In this document: piece by piece, positions 47,286 to 56,436 of the stretch
Numbering within the stretch: the stretch's first letter is position 1
Layout of the letters: every line of letters starts with the position of its first letter
IMG/VR virus record: IMGVR_UViG_3300012205_000277
Span: 27,830-91,829 of that record
Source of the DNA: a virus
Reading direction: 5' to 3' (one strand)
DNA length: 64,000 nt
Program-made: the position numbers and the translations under genes
The notes under the pieces: model-generated
Seen by the model: the letters and a program-made list of their open reading frames with translations, nothing else
The model's database searches: none
Told to the model about the DNA's origin: nothing

Positions 47286-48839
47286 TTAGTTGACGCTTCC
47301 GCTGCCTTTGCCGCCACTGCCAGTGCTGATTTTGCGCTTCGGCGCGTTCATGATGCCGACAGCGACAACCATCCTCTCGGGCTCGGTTTCATCCATGCCT
47401 TCGGGCGCTTTGTAGGGCCCGGGATAGGCGGCGGAGATATAGCGGCCATCGGCTTCCTTGCGCAGGGAAGTGATGCGCTCGGCGGCGCTCGTGGATAGAG
47501 GGACGATGTAGTCGGCCGCTTCCCGGAGCGGGATATTCAACCGGTGGGCCAAGAGACAGCAATTCTTGATTTCCCTTCCGTTCCATCCGGTGTCGGGTGG
47601 CCGGTCGGTATCCTTCAAGTCGAACTTTGCGAAATAGATGTTCCAGATCAGGTTGCGTTCGGAAGGCGTCGGCAAGTCATAGAAGAACGTGCCAAAGGTG
47701 TACCGGCTGCGTAGTTCTGCCGGCAATCCTTGGATGTTATTGCAGGTAGCGATCCACAGGGCCCGTCCCTGCGACACGGCTTCGATGACCTTGAGAATCG
47801 CTCGCATGTTGGCGTTGCTTTCCCCGACCAGCGACCCTTTGGCATTTCCGAGATCCAGCTGTATGGTTGGCACGCCAGCTTCATTTCCAAAGGCTTTGGC
47901 GATATCGGATTTGGCGACGCCGGGATGTCCGATCGACATGATGCCGGTCGAATCGTGGTCCTGCATGAAGGATAGCTGGTTGCCGAGGAGCTCCTGGGTC
48001 GTGCCGCTCAAGTCGCCGCCTTCGCCGCCGGCAAATTGCTTTTCGATTTCATCCTGGAAGACGATGGCGCGCGGGCGATCCTTGCCATTCATCACGCTGG
48101 TCAGGAATTTCTTGATGTTCTCGCAGCCGCCAATATCCTTGAAACGTTGCTGGCCGCGCCACACTTTGAGGCCGGGAGTCTGTTCGATCTGCTGGCGCTT
48201 ACGTTCCCAGAGCTGTTCGAGGTCCATGCCGTTCTTCCGGATGCTCATCGCGCACACTTGCTCGGCCGGGAAGGCCGCCAGGCCGCAAAGAGCGTCCACA
48301 GCCCGTGACATGGTTTCGGCAGCCGGGTTTGGCTGCTTTACGGCCGAATAGGTTTCCGCGACGATCGCTTCCAGGCGATTGGCATCCGGCAAAGGCTCGT
48401 CCAGGACAAGAACATCCTGGGCAATCTCCGGAGGAAGCGTAACGTCCGGGCAAACAATAACCAAAGTGCGTGTATTGGTTTTGAAGGCTCCGCGCAGGTT
48501 CCAGATGGCTTGTACGACCGCCGGGTCTTGAAAGAACCGATGCAGATTCGCCATGAAAAGAATCGACTCTTTGGGCATCTGCATTGCCTTGACCAGCATT
48601 TCAACGGGATTTGCCAGGGCGGCTGGTTCGCCAAGTGCCCGCACAAGCGCTTTGCCCTGGGGATCGTTTACGGCCGTCAATCCGCGGACGCAATCGTGCA
48701 GAACCATCGGCGAATTGGCATTGTCTTTGTTGAGCGCGATCGTCTTGATGGTCGCTTCGATGTCCGGAGTGCGGACGGCAATCAATGGAGCGGATGCGCG
48801 CCGCGCTAGGTTGAACTGTTCAATAAAACTTAGAGCCAT
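47286..48839 (-). CDS. AAA+ ATPase (Ycf46-like) with degenerate Walker motifs
   Basis: PLIAVRT, FKDIGGCENIK, QDEIEK, GHPGVAKS, GSLVGES, IATCN..LPAELRSR, FFYDLP, WNGREI. Confidence 0.88.
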   Translation of the reverse strand: MALSFIEQFNLARRASAPLIAVRTPDIEATIKTIALNKDNANSPMVLHDCVRGLTAVNDPQGKALVRALGEPAALANPVEMLVKAMQMPKESILFMANLHRFFQDPAVVQAIWNLRGAFKTNTRTLVIVCPDVTLPPEIAQDVLVLDEPLPDANRLEAIVAETYSAVKQPNPAAETMSRAVDALCGLAAFPAEQVCAMSIRKNGMDLEQLWERKRQQIEQTPGLKVWRGQQRFKDIGGCENIKKFLTSVMNGKDRPRAIVFQDEIEKQFAGGEGGDLSGTTQELLGNQLSFMQDHDSTGIMSIGHPGVAKSDIAKAFGNEAGVPTIQLDLGNAKGSLVGESNANMRAILKVIEAVSQGRALWIATCNNIQGLPAELRSRYTFGTFFYDLPTPSERNLIWNIYFAKFDLKDTDRPPDTGWNGREIKNCCLLAHRLNIPLREAADYIVPLSTSAAERITSLRKEADGRYISAAYPGPYKAPEGMDETEPERMVVAVGIMNAPKRKISTGSGGKGSGSVN

Positions 48840-49318
48840 TTTGTTTCTCCCTTTTTTGTTTGATTTTTAGTAGCCGACGCTATCGGCTACCGATTTCACA
48901 ATCCACCAGGTCTCTAGCAACAACACTCCTATCACGCAAAGAACTTGCCAGCCACGGATGCGAATTTCGTTCATGCCTTCGGTCATTGGTTAGCCCCCTA
49001 TTTTAAAATGTGGACTTGGAACAACCAATTCACCTCGCAAGGCCCGATCTTGAGTTTGGCCAGTTTCATCAGCGCTAACTTAGACTCTTGCTCGGCTGGT
49101 GGAGTATCGCACGTTCCGAAGGCATCTTCGACTAATCCTTTGAGATAGGCAGGTTCCAAATGGTGCCGTACGGCCAGCGCCCGCAGCCGCGATTCATAGG
49201 TGTCGAAAAACGTCTGCATCTTCGGCGGTTCTTCTTCCGGCTCTGGTTCAGGATTGTTGCCTGATAGAATCTGCTGTTCATCTGGAGGAATATTGACCAT
49301 TTGTGATTCATCCTTTCT

Positions 49319-49780
49319 TTAATTTAACCCTGGAATTATATTTCGGCATTGCGTCAACGCCCCGTGGACATCGATGCCGGCATTGCAAGCAGCAAGCTGC
49401 GCATGGTTTGTAATCGTCGAACCCAACCACACGCGGCCGGTCCACCGAACCCATGCGTGATGATTACGTTCTGTCAAGTAGAAGACAGCAGATTGCGCCG
49501 CGAACATTGCAGCAGCATGCCCGGCCAATCGGATGCTTGAAGGATGCCGGCCAATTTGCGGGTTGTTCTCCCATCCCCCGCGATCGAGAAGTTGGCGCGT
49601 GGTGATGGCATCGGCCGTCTTTGCGGCCGCCAGTAAACCAATACCGGCGAAGAAGATGCGCTTATTGAACCGGTGTCCTTCGATAGCCACCTTCGGCTTT
49701 GGCGCAATGACATAATGCTGCGCCAAAGCTGTTTGGGCACAAAGAGACACAATCGCGGCGATCCGCAGAATGAATTTCAT
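49319..49780 (-). CDS. Signal-peptide membrane protein (DUF5658-like)
   Basis: Signal peptide; ADAITT..GGWENNP. Confidence 0.6.
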   Translation of the reverse strand: MKFILRIAAIVSLCAQTALAQHYVIAPKPKVAIEGHRFNKRIFFAGIGLLAAAKTADAITTRQLLDRGGWENNPQIGRHPSSIRLAGHAAAMFAAQSAVFYLTERNHHAWVRWTGRVWLGSTITNHAQLAACNAGIDVHGALTQCRNIIPGLN

Positions 49781-50092
49781 GGGAGTCCTTTTTGTTTAGA
49801 GTTTTTACCGGTGCTTCACTATTTTATAACGTCAGGCAGGTTTCAAAGTCCTTTTCCGTCATGCGATGTTCTTTGCCCGCGAGGGAAAACGACCACATCC
49901 ATTTCAACGCAGCTTTGTGCTTGGCTCCAGTCAGCTTACCGATATGACTGGCGCAAGACTCTTCGCGTTGTCTGATCGTGAAGTCCTTCACCCATTGGAT
50001 ATCGGCTTTGCGGGCATTTCCTTTTCTTTGTTCCACCACACCGACAGTGACGGCGAGCAGTACAAAAACAAACATCCCAGCCAAGAAGGATT

Positions 50093-50470
50093 TCATAGGT
50101 CCCTCGGATCTTTTGCCTGGCAATAGGCTTCCAAGGTGACGGGAACCAACTTGCTATAATCCAGCTGATCGAATTCGTTGCGCGGATGGTGAAACGTTAT
50201 CCATTGGCTTTGCTTATAACCTTTAGCGAGAGCCTCTTGCGCATCGGTCAGATATTTGACCAGCACTCCAAAGGAAAGCCAGCGGCCATGGGTGATCGTG
50301 CCGCCCAGGTTGCCATCCTTGGTCTGGAAAACAGGGAAGGCGATCAAGTGCGGGTCGGCCTGGCACTGAAACGCTACGTCATAGCGCAGCATGTCGGCCA
50401 GTTTCGGCAGATCATCGCCAAGCCCAATGCGGTTATCGACGCGCATGAAACTGATTCGTTTGAGTTTCAT
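50093..50470 (-). CDS. Hypothetical protein
   Basis: ATGA coupling; DMLRYD..T.GRWLSFG. Confidence 0.65.
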   Translation of the reverse strand: MKLKRISFMRVDNRIGLGDDLPKLADMLRYDVAFQCQADPHLIAFPVFQTKDGNLGGTITHGRWLSFGVLVKYLTDAQEALAKGYKQSQWITFHHPRNEFDQLDYSKLVPVTLEAYCQAKDPRDL

Positions 50471-50930
50471 ATTTTCCTCAACCCACGGACAGATACTACT
50501 GTGCCGGCCAGCGGATGCGGCGAATGCTTGTGCAGTTTTGTTTTGCGGTCAGGCGGCAGCCAGCAACGGCAAGTGCGCTTAGAACAGAGCATGCACCGAT
50601 CGACCAAGCGCAGACGGCCGCTCGGCAATCGATAGGCGGGGAATCTGCGATCGAGACGCTGTTCCAGTAAATCGTCGGTGAGCCGGCCAGTCGCCACCGC
50701 ATACATAACGTGCTTCAGATGCGGCACAACGGCGTACCGGCGCCGGAACCGTTCCATTTGAACGCCATCGATCCCGGCGATGGTGACGTGGCCATCGAGC
50801 ATCAGCTTTGCCAAAGACCGCCCCGCAGTTATGGCGTTCTCGATCTGCGCCTTCCGGCAACCGGCGATCATGCGGCGGAATTCGCCGAGGCACGCATTGC
50901 GTTTTTGGTTGTTCCAATTCGATATTCGTC

Positions 50931-51479
50931 TCACCATACCACCACTTTCTTGAGCCCACGGCGCGTGAGCCCGGCAAGAATGGGAATGCCGCAAAGAGCA
51001 TCGATCACATCGAAACGATTCCTCTGGCGATAGACGTTGACGCGGTGACCGCCGAGGAATGTATCCATCGGGCGGTAGGGATAAACTGCGACGGGCTTGG
51101 AGAGGAAACCCTGGCCATGTATCTGTGGCAAAGATGCCCGCAGTGCAGGTACCGTCGCCTTGATAAAGACTTGCACTGTGTCTTTATATTGGACGCGGCG
51201 AACGTGGCGCTTGGCGCGCCGGAAAGTTTGCAAGTCTTTCGTGGGAGTTTTCGCATTGCGTACCCATTTCTGCGAAACCTTGGCGATTAACTTTTGAATG
51301 ATGGCGCTCGTCTCTTGGGGACTATCGAACACCTGGCAATCTTTCAGGCCGGAGTTTTTTAGATGGCGCTGTACCCTATCGAGAAGAAAGAAAGTGTCTT
51401 GCTTCGTCTTCGGGATATTGGCGAGGATATTTTCAGGGAGAATCCCTGGAACCAAACTGCGTACCATAGGATTTGTCAT
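50931..51479 (-). CDS. Hypothetical basic protein
   Basis: GGAG RBS; packed in the operon. Confidence 0.6.
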   Translation of the reverse strand: MTNPMVRSLVPGILPENILANIPKTKQDTFFLLDRVQRHLKNSGLKDCQVFDSPQETSAIIQKLIAKVSQKWVRNAKTPTKDLQTFRRAKRHVRRVQYKDTVQVFIKATVPALRASLPQIHGQGFLSKPVAVYPYRPMDTFLGGHRVNVYRQRNRFDVIDALCGIPILAGLTRRGLKKVVVW

Positions 51480-51700
51480 ACCATCTCCCGGACCGCAAGG
51501 ATGTGTTTGCACGATTCGCGGCGGCGCGTCCCATCGGCTTGTTTCACGCCATAAATCCAGCGCGGGCAGGAGCATTGCCATTTATTGGTTGCCCGGCGGG
51601 TAATGATGTAATGGCGGCGCGCATCGGTCAGGGATTGAACCGTGAATTTCCGCACGCCATTTTCCAGCTTCGATTGCAGGATGTTCATGCCGCCCTCCAT
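51476..51700 (-). CDS. SWIM zinc-finger protein
   Basis: WQCSCPRW..SCKHILAV. Confidence 0.8.
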   Translation of the reverse strand: MEGGMNILQSKLENGVRKFTVQSLTDARRHYIITRRATNKWQCSCPRWIYGVKQADGTRRRESCKHILAVREMV

Positions 51701-51987
51701 GCCCGGAATACTTCATTCGCATGATGAGTCTTGTGGCAGGACTCATGGGACAGCTTGATGTTCTTGCGGTTCCCAAACTTGCCATTGTTCGCATGGTTCC
51801 CATCTTTGTGATGCAAGGTGATGTTCAAATCCAAGGGCGGCGCAGTGGAATTCCCGAAACGAATTCTTGTCCCAGGAGATTCCAGCAGCAGTTCTTTGCA
51901 GAAGATGCATTTCTTTCCATCGAGCAAAAACCAGAGCAATTCCCGGCTCTTGCCTAATTCCCGTCGAATTCTTTTTGCCATCGCCAT
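51685..51987 (-). CDS. HNH-motif protein
   Basis: CIFC..TLHHKDGNHANN..LSHESCHKTHH. Confidence 0.75.
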   Translation of the reverse strand: MAMAKRIRRELGKSRELLWFLLDGKKCIFCKELLLESPGTRIRFGNSTAPPLDLNITLHHKDGNHANNGKFGNRKNIKLSHESCHKTHHANEVFRAWRAA

Positions 51988-52062
51988 TTCTTTTCTCCAT
52001 CTCCCTGTAAATGCTTTGGTCTTGCTCGCATTGATGGGAGGTAAACTCTTACTTTGGAGTCT

Positions 52063-52091
52063 ATTATAACCTAGCCTGTAGGTTAAGACAA
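52063..52091 (-). promoter_or_regulatory. Sigma70-type promoter heading the long leftward operons
   Basis: TTGTCT-17 nt-TATAAT. Confidence 0.7.
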
Positions 52092-52621
52092 GAGGGAAGA
52101 TGGGAGAGGCTGGAGAAGGAAAAGCGAAGATAGCTAGAGGGTAGGTTAATGACAATGATGCTTAGTTGTAACTAGATAGTACTTAATGTACGGGTATTAC
52201 CAAACTTGCGTACCATGGGAATTTAACTCTTATCGTACAAAAAACCGAGGGTCTTGGCCTCCGGGCGCGCCAGGATCTGCGCGATGAGTTCGCTTTTTGT
52301 CTGGAAAGCTTCCCGCTCTCTTTTGATCAATTTCTCGCGCAAGTTATAGAAGTCCGTCAAACAGAGAACGCGTTCCTGGTGCCGGGCATCCAGGACCTCG
52401 AGCTGTACATAGGGCGATAATATTGCGGCCACTTCGGTCATTGTCAAAGCATGAAACTCGGGAGTATCCGCCAAGATCATCACTAGCCTGGCGATGCGCT
52501 CTTCGGGGAGAACTTCTTTGAAAATGAGCTCTTTGCTGTCCCCGGTGCCCTCAGCGTTCATAGATTCATATCCCGGCTCAGAACGCTGGGATTCTCCTTA
52601 ATTTGAAAGTTCACGTTTGTT

Positions 52622-52894
52622 CTATGCCCAGGAATTGCCGCACTGGTTGCAGCGCCGCATGCCTCCGGCGATTCCCACGGCGGAACTGCCGCATGCTTGA
52701 CAGAATAGCCCGACCCTTGGAGTTGGGGGAGACGCAGGAGTTTGGTCGACGACCGGGATAACTTCCGGTTGTGGCGAGGCTGGCACTGACCATGGCGGTG
52801 TTGCCGCTTCCTTTTGCAAGGCTGGAGCAGGAGTGGCCGGCGAATCTTCTTCATCTTCTTCTTGTGGCCGCAATGAACGTGAGCGTGTTCCCAT
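52622..52894 (-). CDS. Pro-rich protein with a C-terminal zinc ribbon
   Basis: FCQACGS..RCNQCGNSW. Confidence 0.6.
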   Translation of the reverse strand: MGTRSRSLRPQEEDEEDSPATPAPALQKEAATPPWSVPASPQPEVIPVVDQTPASPPTPRVGLFCQACGSSAVGIAGGMRRCNQCGNSWA

Positions 52895-52905
52895 GATACT
52901 TCCCC

Positions 52906-53499
52906 CTATTCATTTCGTGCTGATTGCACAGATATTTCTGCTTCACTTTCGAGTGCCGCGAGATTTTCTTGCACCAAATCGAATCGATTGAAAGGAATGC
53001 CGAGTAGAACCCAAACCATTTTCGGCGGTGGCTGTAAATCAATCGCCTCGGGCTCCCGGGTGTTCTTTCCTCCATTCAAAAGCTTCTCGAGCTCCAAAGG
53101 CTCGAACAATTCCGTCAAGTCGGCTTCTGTTTGGCTTAATATCTCCGGATCCCAGGCCAAGTCGACGGAGGCAACCTGATTGTCTGCCACGGCAAGTTCT
53201 TGGGCTCTCTTGTCATCAATTTGAAGATCCGTTCGGCGCACAGCGACAAGCGTTTCCCCATCGGAATCCACAACAACAACGCGTTTGAAACCTTGTTTCT
53301 TGGCTTCCTCTAAAGTTTTCGAACCAGCTACCGCTGTAAAGTTTTTGTCGACCAGGATCGAACGGCCGGCACCGAGTTTTTTTAGGGAATGTTTGAGAAG
53401 TTTCCGCCCGCGCGGGGTGCCTCGATTGGCATTGGAAGGGTCCGAGGCAAGATCGCCAATCGGAATCGTTCTCACCGTTGCCGGTTTTTCAATGTCCAT
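52906..53499 (-). CDS. ParB/Srx-like N-terminal domain protein
   Basis: DLASDPSNAN..SLKKLGAGRSILVD..AG..LAVADN..WD. Confidence 0.8.
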   Translation of the reverse strand: MDIEKPATVRTIPIGDLASDPSNANRGTPRGRKLLKHSLKKLGAGRSILVDKNFTAVAGSKTLEEAKKQGFKRVVVVDSDGETLVAVRRTDLQIDDKRAQELAVADNQVASVDLAWDPEILSQTEADLTELFEPLELEKLLNGGKNTREPEAIDLQPPPKMVWVLLGIPFNRFDLVQENLAALESEAEISVQSARNE

Positions 53500-53785
53500 G
53501 GTCGGTCCTTCGCTCCATTTTCTCACAATAAGCGGTTTGAATCCTCCGAATAGTGGTGCGGCCAACACCAAAACGGCGAGCTACCGTGTCTACACTCAAT
53601 TCCTGCACGAAGAGCAAATGGATAATTTTAGCTTGGCTCTCCGGCGAGACCAGCGTGCGGTGAATATCGAAGCTGAGGTTGGGCGCTACTTGCGCCATGA
53701 ACGCCATCATCAAGCAGTTGTAGTTCTGCTGTCAACTATCCTCAACCGGTAGTATGGCAGTTTATAACTAGGCCGTTGGGAATTT

Positions 53786-53871
53786 TGGAGGAGGATGGAA
53801 GAATCGAACTTCCGTGCTTTCACACGCCCTGGGTTTCGAGTCCAGTTGCGGGCCGTTCCGCAGCACCCTCC
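53786..53871 (-). tRNA. tRNA-Ser(CGA)
   Basis: Cloverleaf, long variable arm, loop CTCGAAA, CCA. Confidence 0.85.
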
Positions 53872-53921
53872 GATGGAGAGTGCGATGATGATCCGCGTGT
53901 CATGACTTGATTATAACAGAT

Positions 53922-54008
53922 TGGCGGAGACGGAGAGACTTGAACTCTCACAACCTTGCGGTCGCCGGTTTAGCAAACCGGTGCGTTTACCAATTCCGCC
54001 ACGTCTCC
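53922..54008 (-). tRNA. tRNA-Ser(GCT)
   Basis: Loop TTGCTAA, long variable arm, CCA. Confidence 0.92.
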
Positions 54009-54015
54009 TCCAACT

Positions 54016-54094
54016 TGGTCGGTCCGGTTGGATTTGAACCAACGACCTACGGTTTATGAGACCGTTGCTCTAAACCGGTCTGAGCTACGGACCG
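54016..54094 (-). tRNA. tRNA-Met or Ile2 (CAT)
   Basis: Loop CTCATAA, CCA. Confidence 0.9.
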
Positions 54095-54098
54095 AAAC

Positions 54099-54177
54099 TG
54101 GTGGGTGCGGTGAGATTTGAACTCACAGCCTTCTCCTTAAGAGGGAGCTGCTCTGCGCAATTAGGAGCTACGCACCC
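54099..54177 (-). tRNA. tRNA-Lys(CTT)
   Basis: Loop CTCTTAA, CCA. Confidence 0.88.
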
Positions 54178-54182
54178 AAATC

Positions 54183-54272
54183 TGGTGGGGAAGGCCGGAA
54201 TCGAACCGGCATAGCCGCCAGGGCTAGCAGTTTTACAGACTGCCGAGCTCAGCCAATTCGCTCATCTTCCCC
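54183..54272 (-). tRNA. tRNA-Tyr(GTA)
   Basis: Loop CTGTAAA, long variable arm, CCA. Confidence 0.9.
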
Positions 54273-54403
54273 GAAACTTTTCACAGTCACGCGAATCGTA
54301 CTTCCGAATTGCTTGCGCTCAGCTTTCCGGTTGGCACGCTTACGCGCCGCAATTTCTTTTCTGATTTCTATCTTGCTCTGCGTCTTCATATCACCACCAA
54401 TCT

Positions 54404-54479
54404 TAGCGGCCCTGGCAGGATTCGAACCCGCATATCTTGATTAGAACTCAAGACCGTTATCCGTTACGGTAACAGGGCC
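54404..54479 (-). tRNA. tRNA-Arg(TCT)
   Basis: CTTGA-GTTCTAA-TCAAG; 3' end is CTA rather than CCA. Confidence 0.85.
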
Positions 54480-54489
54480 ACAAAGCTTT

Positions 54490-54564
54490 TGGTCCCGCTT
54501 CGCGGAATCGAACCGCGGTCACTGGCTTTTCAGACCAGGGCTGCTTCCACTGAGCTAAAGCGGG
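54490..54564 (-). tRNA. tRNA-Phe(GAA)
   Basis: Loop CTGAAAA, CCA. Confidence 0.88.
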
Positions 54565-54574
54565 CCGTAAATTG

Positions 54575-54674
54575 TTCTAGGAGTGCCTAAGCCTTGTCCG
54601 CTGCGCTATTGGTTCGGACGCATATGCCTCACCATCCTAGCTGGTCAGCCACGCGCTACCCACCACTCCTAGAA
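54575..54674 (-). ncRNA. Non-tRNA structured RNA candidate inside the tRNA array
   Basis: 11-bp terminal stem TTCTAGGAGTG/CACTCCTAGAA with internal hairpins; no cloverleaf or CCA. Confidence 0.5.
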
Positions 54675-54676
54675 AC

Positions 54677-54753
54677 TGGCGGACCTGATGGGTTTCGAAC
54701 CCACGATCTCCACATAGACAGTGTGGCGAGGACAGCCGCTCCTCTACAGGTCC
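54677..54753 (-). tRNA. tRNA-Asp(GTC)
   Basis: CCACA-CTGTCTA-TGTGG, CCA. Confidence 0.9.
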
Positions 54754-54757
54754 AAAC

Positions 54758-54833
54758 TGGCTGGGGCGGAAGGACTCGAACCTTCAAATACCGCGTTAAC
54801 GGCGCGGCCCTGTACCGATTGAGGCACACCCCA
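54758..54833 (-). tRNA. tRNA-Asn(GTT)
   Basis: CCGCG-CCGTTAA-CGCGG, CCA. Confidence 0.88.
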
Positions 54834-55167
54834 AAACTTTTATCAATTCCGGATGATGTTCTTCTGCATGACAATTCAAACAAAGGAGCTCACACTTCTT
54901 AAGCTCCTTTTCAATCTTCGCCCAAGCCAAAATATGGCCACCGCCAACACCAAAAGATTTCTCTCCGGGATGATGGAAAATTAAAGCAGCAAAGCATTTG
55001 TCATATCCGCATCGTTGACATTTTCCACCAAGGAATTCAACGGCTTTTTGTTTCGTCCGCCGCCTCCATTCAGTAACGTAAAATATGGTGCCATGTCCTC
55101 TACAGCAAAATCTATTGTTCGCTCTTTTTCCGGATAGCTCCTTATCGCACCATTCACATTTTTTCAT
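54796..55167 (-). CDS. HNH endonuclease in the tRNA array
   Basis: LGGKCQRCGY..ALIFHH..ELKKCELLCLNCHAEEH. Confidence 0.85.
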   Translation of the reverse strand: MKKCEWCDKELSGKRANNRFCCRGHGTIFYVTEWRRRTKQKAVEFLGGKCQRCGYDKCFAALIFHHPGEKSFGVGGGHILAWAKIEKELKKCELLCLNCHAEEHHPELIKVLGCASIGTGPRR

Positions 55168-55198
55168 GGCGGCATATATTAACACATGCCGTTAATTC

Positions 55199-55282
55199 TG
55201 GTGCGCGCGAAAGGATTTGAACCTCCACGCCCGAAGGCGCTGCGTCCTAAGCGCAGTGCGTCTGCCGTTCCGCCACGCGCGC
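55199..55282 (-). tRNA. tRNA-Leu(TAG)
   Basis: CTGCG-CTTAGGA-CGCAG, variable arm, CCA. Confidence 0.92.
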
Positions 55283-55494
55283 AATCTTTTTTATGCGACT
55301 TCGCTTTGCCTTGCCGCCGCTTGCTCGTCAAATCGTTCGTCCAGGGCTCTTGTTTCTTTCCGGAATCGGCTCACGCATTTATAACAGAACCAACCGAGCG
55401 TTGTGAGTATTCCGTTGCCTGGCAATCTGTCTGTCCTGCAAAGTTTACATTTTTTAGCCGGCATCGTTCCTCAATTCTGGCCTGGGCCTATTCT

Positions 55495-55569
55495 TGGTAC
55501 CCAGCTAAGGACTCGAACCCTAATCCCTTCGGTGTAGGCGAAGTATCCTGACCGTTAGACGAGCCGGGC
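55495..55569 (-). tRNA. tRNA-Val(TAC)
   Basis: CTTCG-CCTACAC-CGAAG, CCA. Confidence 0.85.
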
Positions 55570-55576
55570 ACAAACT

Positions 55577-55771
55577 CTATTTAAAATTGGCGATGCGGTC
55601 AGTAAGGATTTTCGCATATTCACCCATCACCGCGTGCTGACGCGTCAATCTCGCGTGTTCCTCAACATCAAGAGATTTGAATGTGGCTCCCTGGAGGAAC
55701 ACGCCAAGCTTAGCGTGCTTCTCGGTCAATTCATTCAATTCCGTTACGACCCGTTCTTGATGTGGCTGCAT
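55577..55771 (-). CDS. crAss001_48-like helical-hairpin protein, candidate immune-signal sponge
   Basis: MQPHQERVVTELNEL..KL..F...RLTRQHAVMGEYAKILTDRI; AAGGAG RBS. Confidence 0.75.
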   Translation of the reverse strand: MQPHQERVVTELNELTEKHAKLGVFLQGATFKSLDVEEHARLTRQHAVMGEYAKILTDRIANFK

Positions 55772-55789
55772 ACTTTCTCCTTCAAAATC

Positions 55790-55867
55790 TGGTGAGGGCG
55801 AGAGGACTTGAACCTCCATATCATTCACGTTCGTAGCGTGAGCCGTTATCCATTACGGGACGCCCTC
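55790..55867 (-). tRNA. tRNA-Arg(ACG)
   Basis: TCACG-CTACGAA-CGTGA, CCA. Confidence 0.88.
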
Positions 55868-56076
55868 AGAAAACTTTTTTGTCCGCTTCAAATACATATC
55901 ATAAAACTTTGCCGCCGTTGGTCCATGCCAACCGATGGCATCGCCTATTTCATTCCAAGTTTTGCCCTCTGCGAGCATCCGTTCCACGGTCGGAATATGT
56001 CCTTGTTGCTCAAGGCCGAATTGAATCTGTACTCCATCAAAAACCTTGAGCAAACTCTTCAACGATTCTTTCATCC

Positions 56077-56152
56077 TGGTGGTCCCGCGCGGATTCGAAC
56101 CGCGATCGCCAGTTCCGGAAACTGGTGTCCTGTCCGGTTGGACGACGGAACC
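56077..56152 (-). tRNA. tRNA-Arg(CCG)
   Basis: CCAGT-TTCCGGA-ACTGG, CCA. Confidence 0.9.
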
Positions 56153-56260
56153 AAACTCTTAGAATATCTTGCTGGCTAAAACCAGCAGACATTCGAGCGC
56201 AATGCCAACTGCTGCGATGTACCAATAGATGTTGGCGCTACGCCATCTACTCATAAACTT

Positions 56261-56346
56261 TGGTGCGCGGTAAGAGACTCGAACTCTTACGGGTCATGCC
56301 CAACAGATTTTAAGTCTGTCGCGTCTACCACTTCCGCCAACCGCGC
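56261..56346 (-). tRNA. tRNA-Leu(TAA)
   Basis: ACAGA-CTTAAAA-TCTGT, variable arm, CCA. Confidence 0.92.
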
Positions 56347-56350
56347 ATTC

Positions 56351-56436
56351 TGGTGCCGGAGGAGAGATTCCCACTCTCACGCCGCTAAGGCGTCCGCTTT
56401 TGAAGCGGATGCGTCTGGTAGTTCCGCCACTCCGGC
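56351..56436 (-). tRNA. tRNA-Leu(CAA)
   Basis: TCCGC-TTCAAAA-GCGGA; atypical T loop TGGGAAT; CCA. Confidence 0.82.

Noticed and set aside
30902-48985. Further pentamer arrays at about 30905-30965 and 48900-48980 (also near 21760)
   Set aside because: The periodicity is only partial by eye, so they are left out pending a computed scan.
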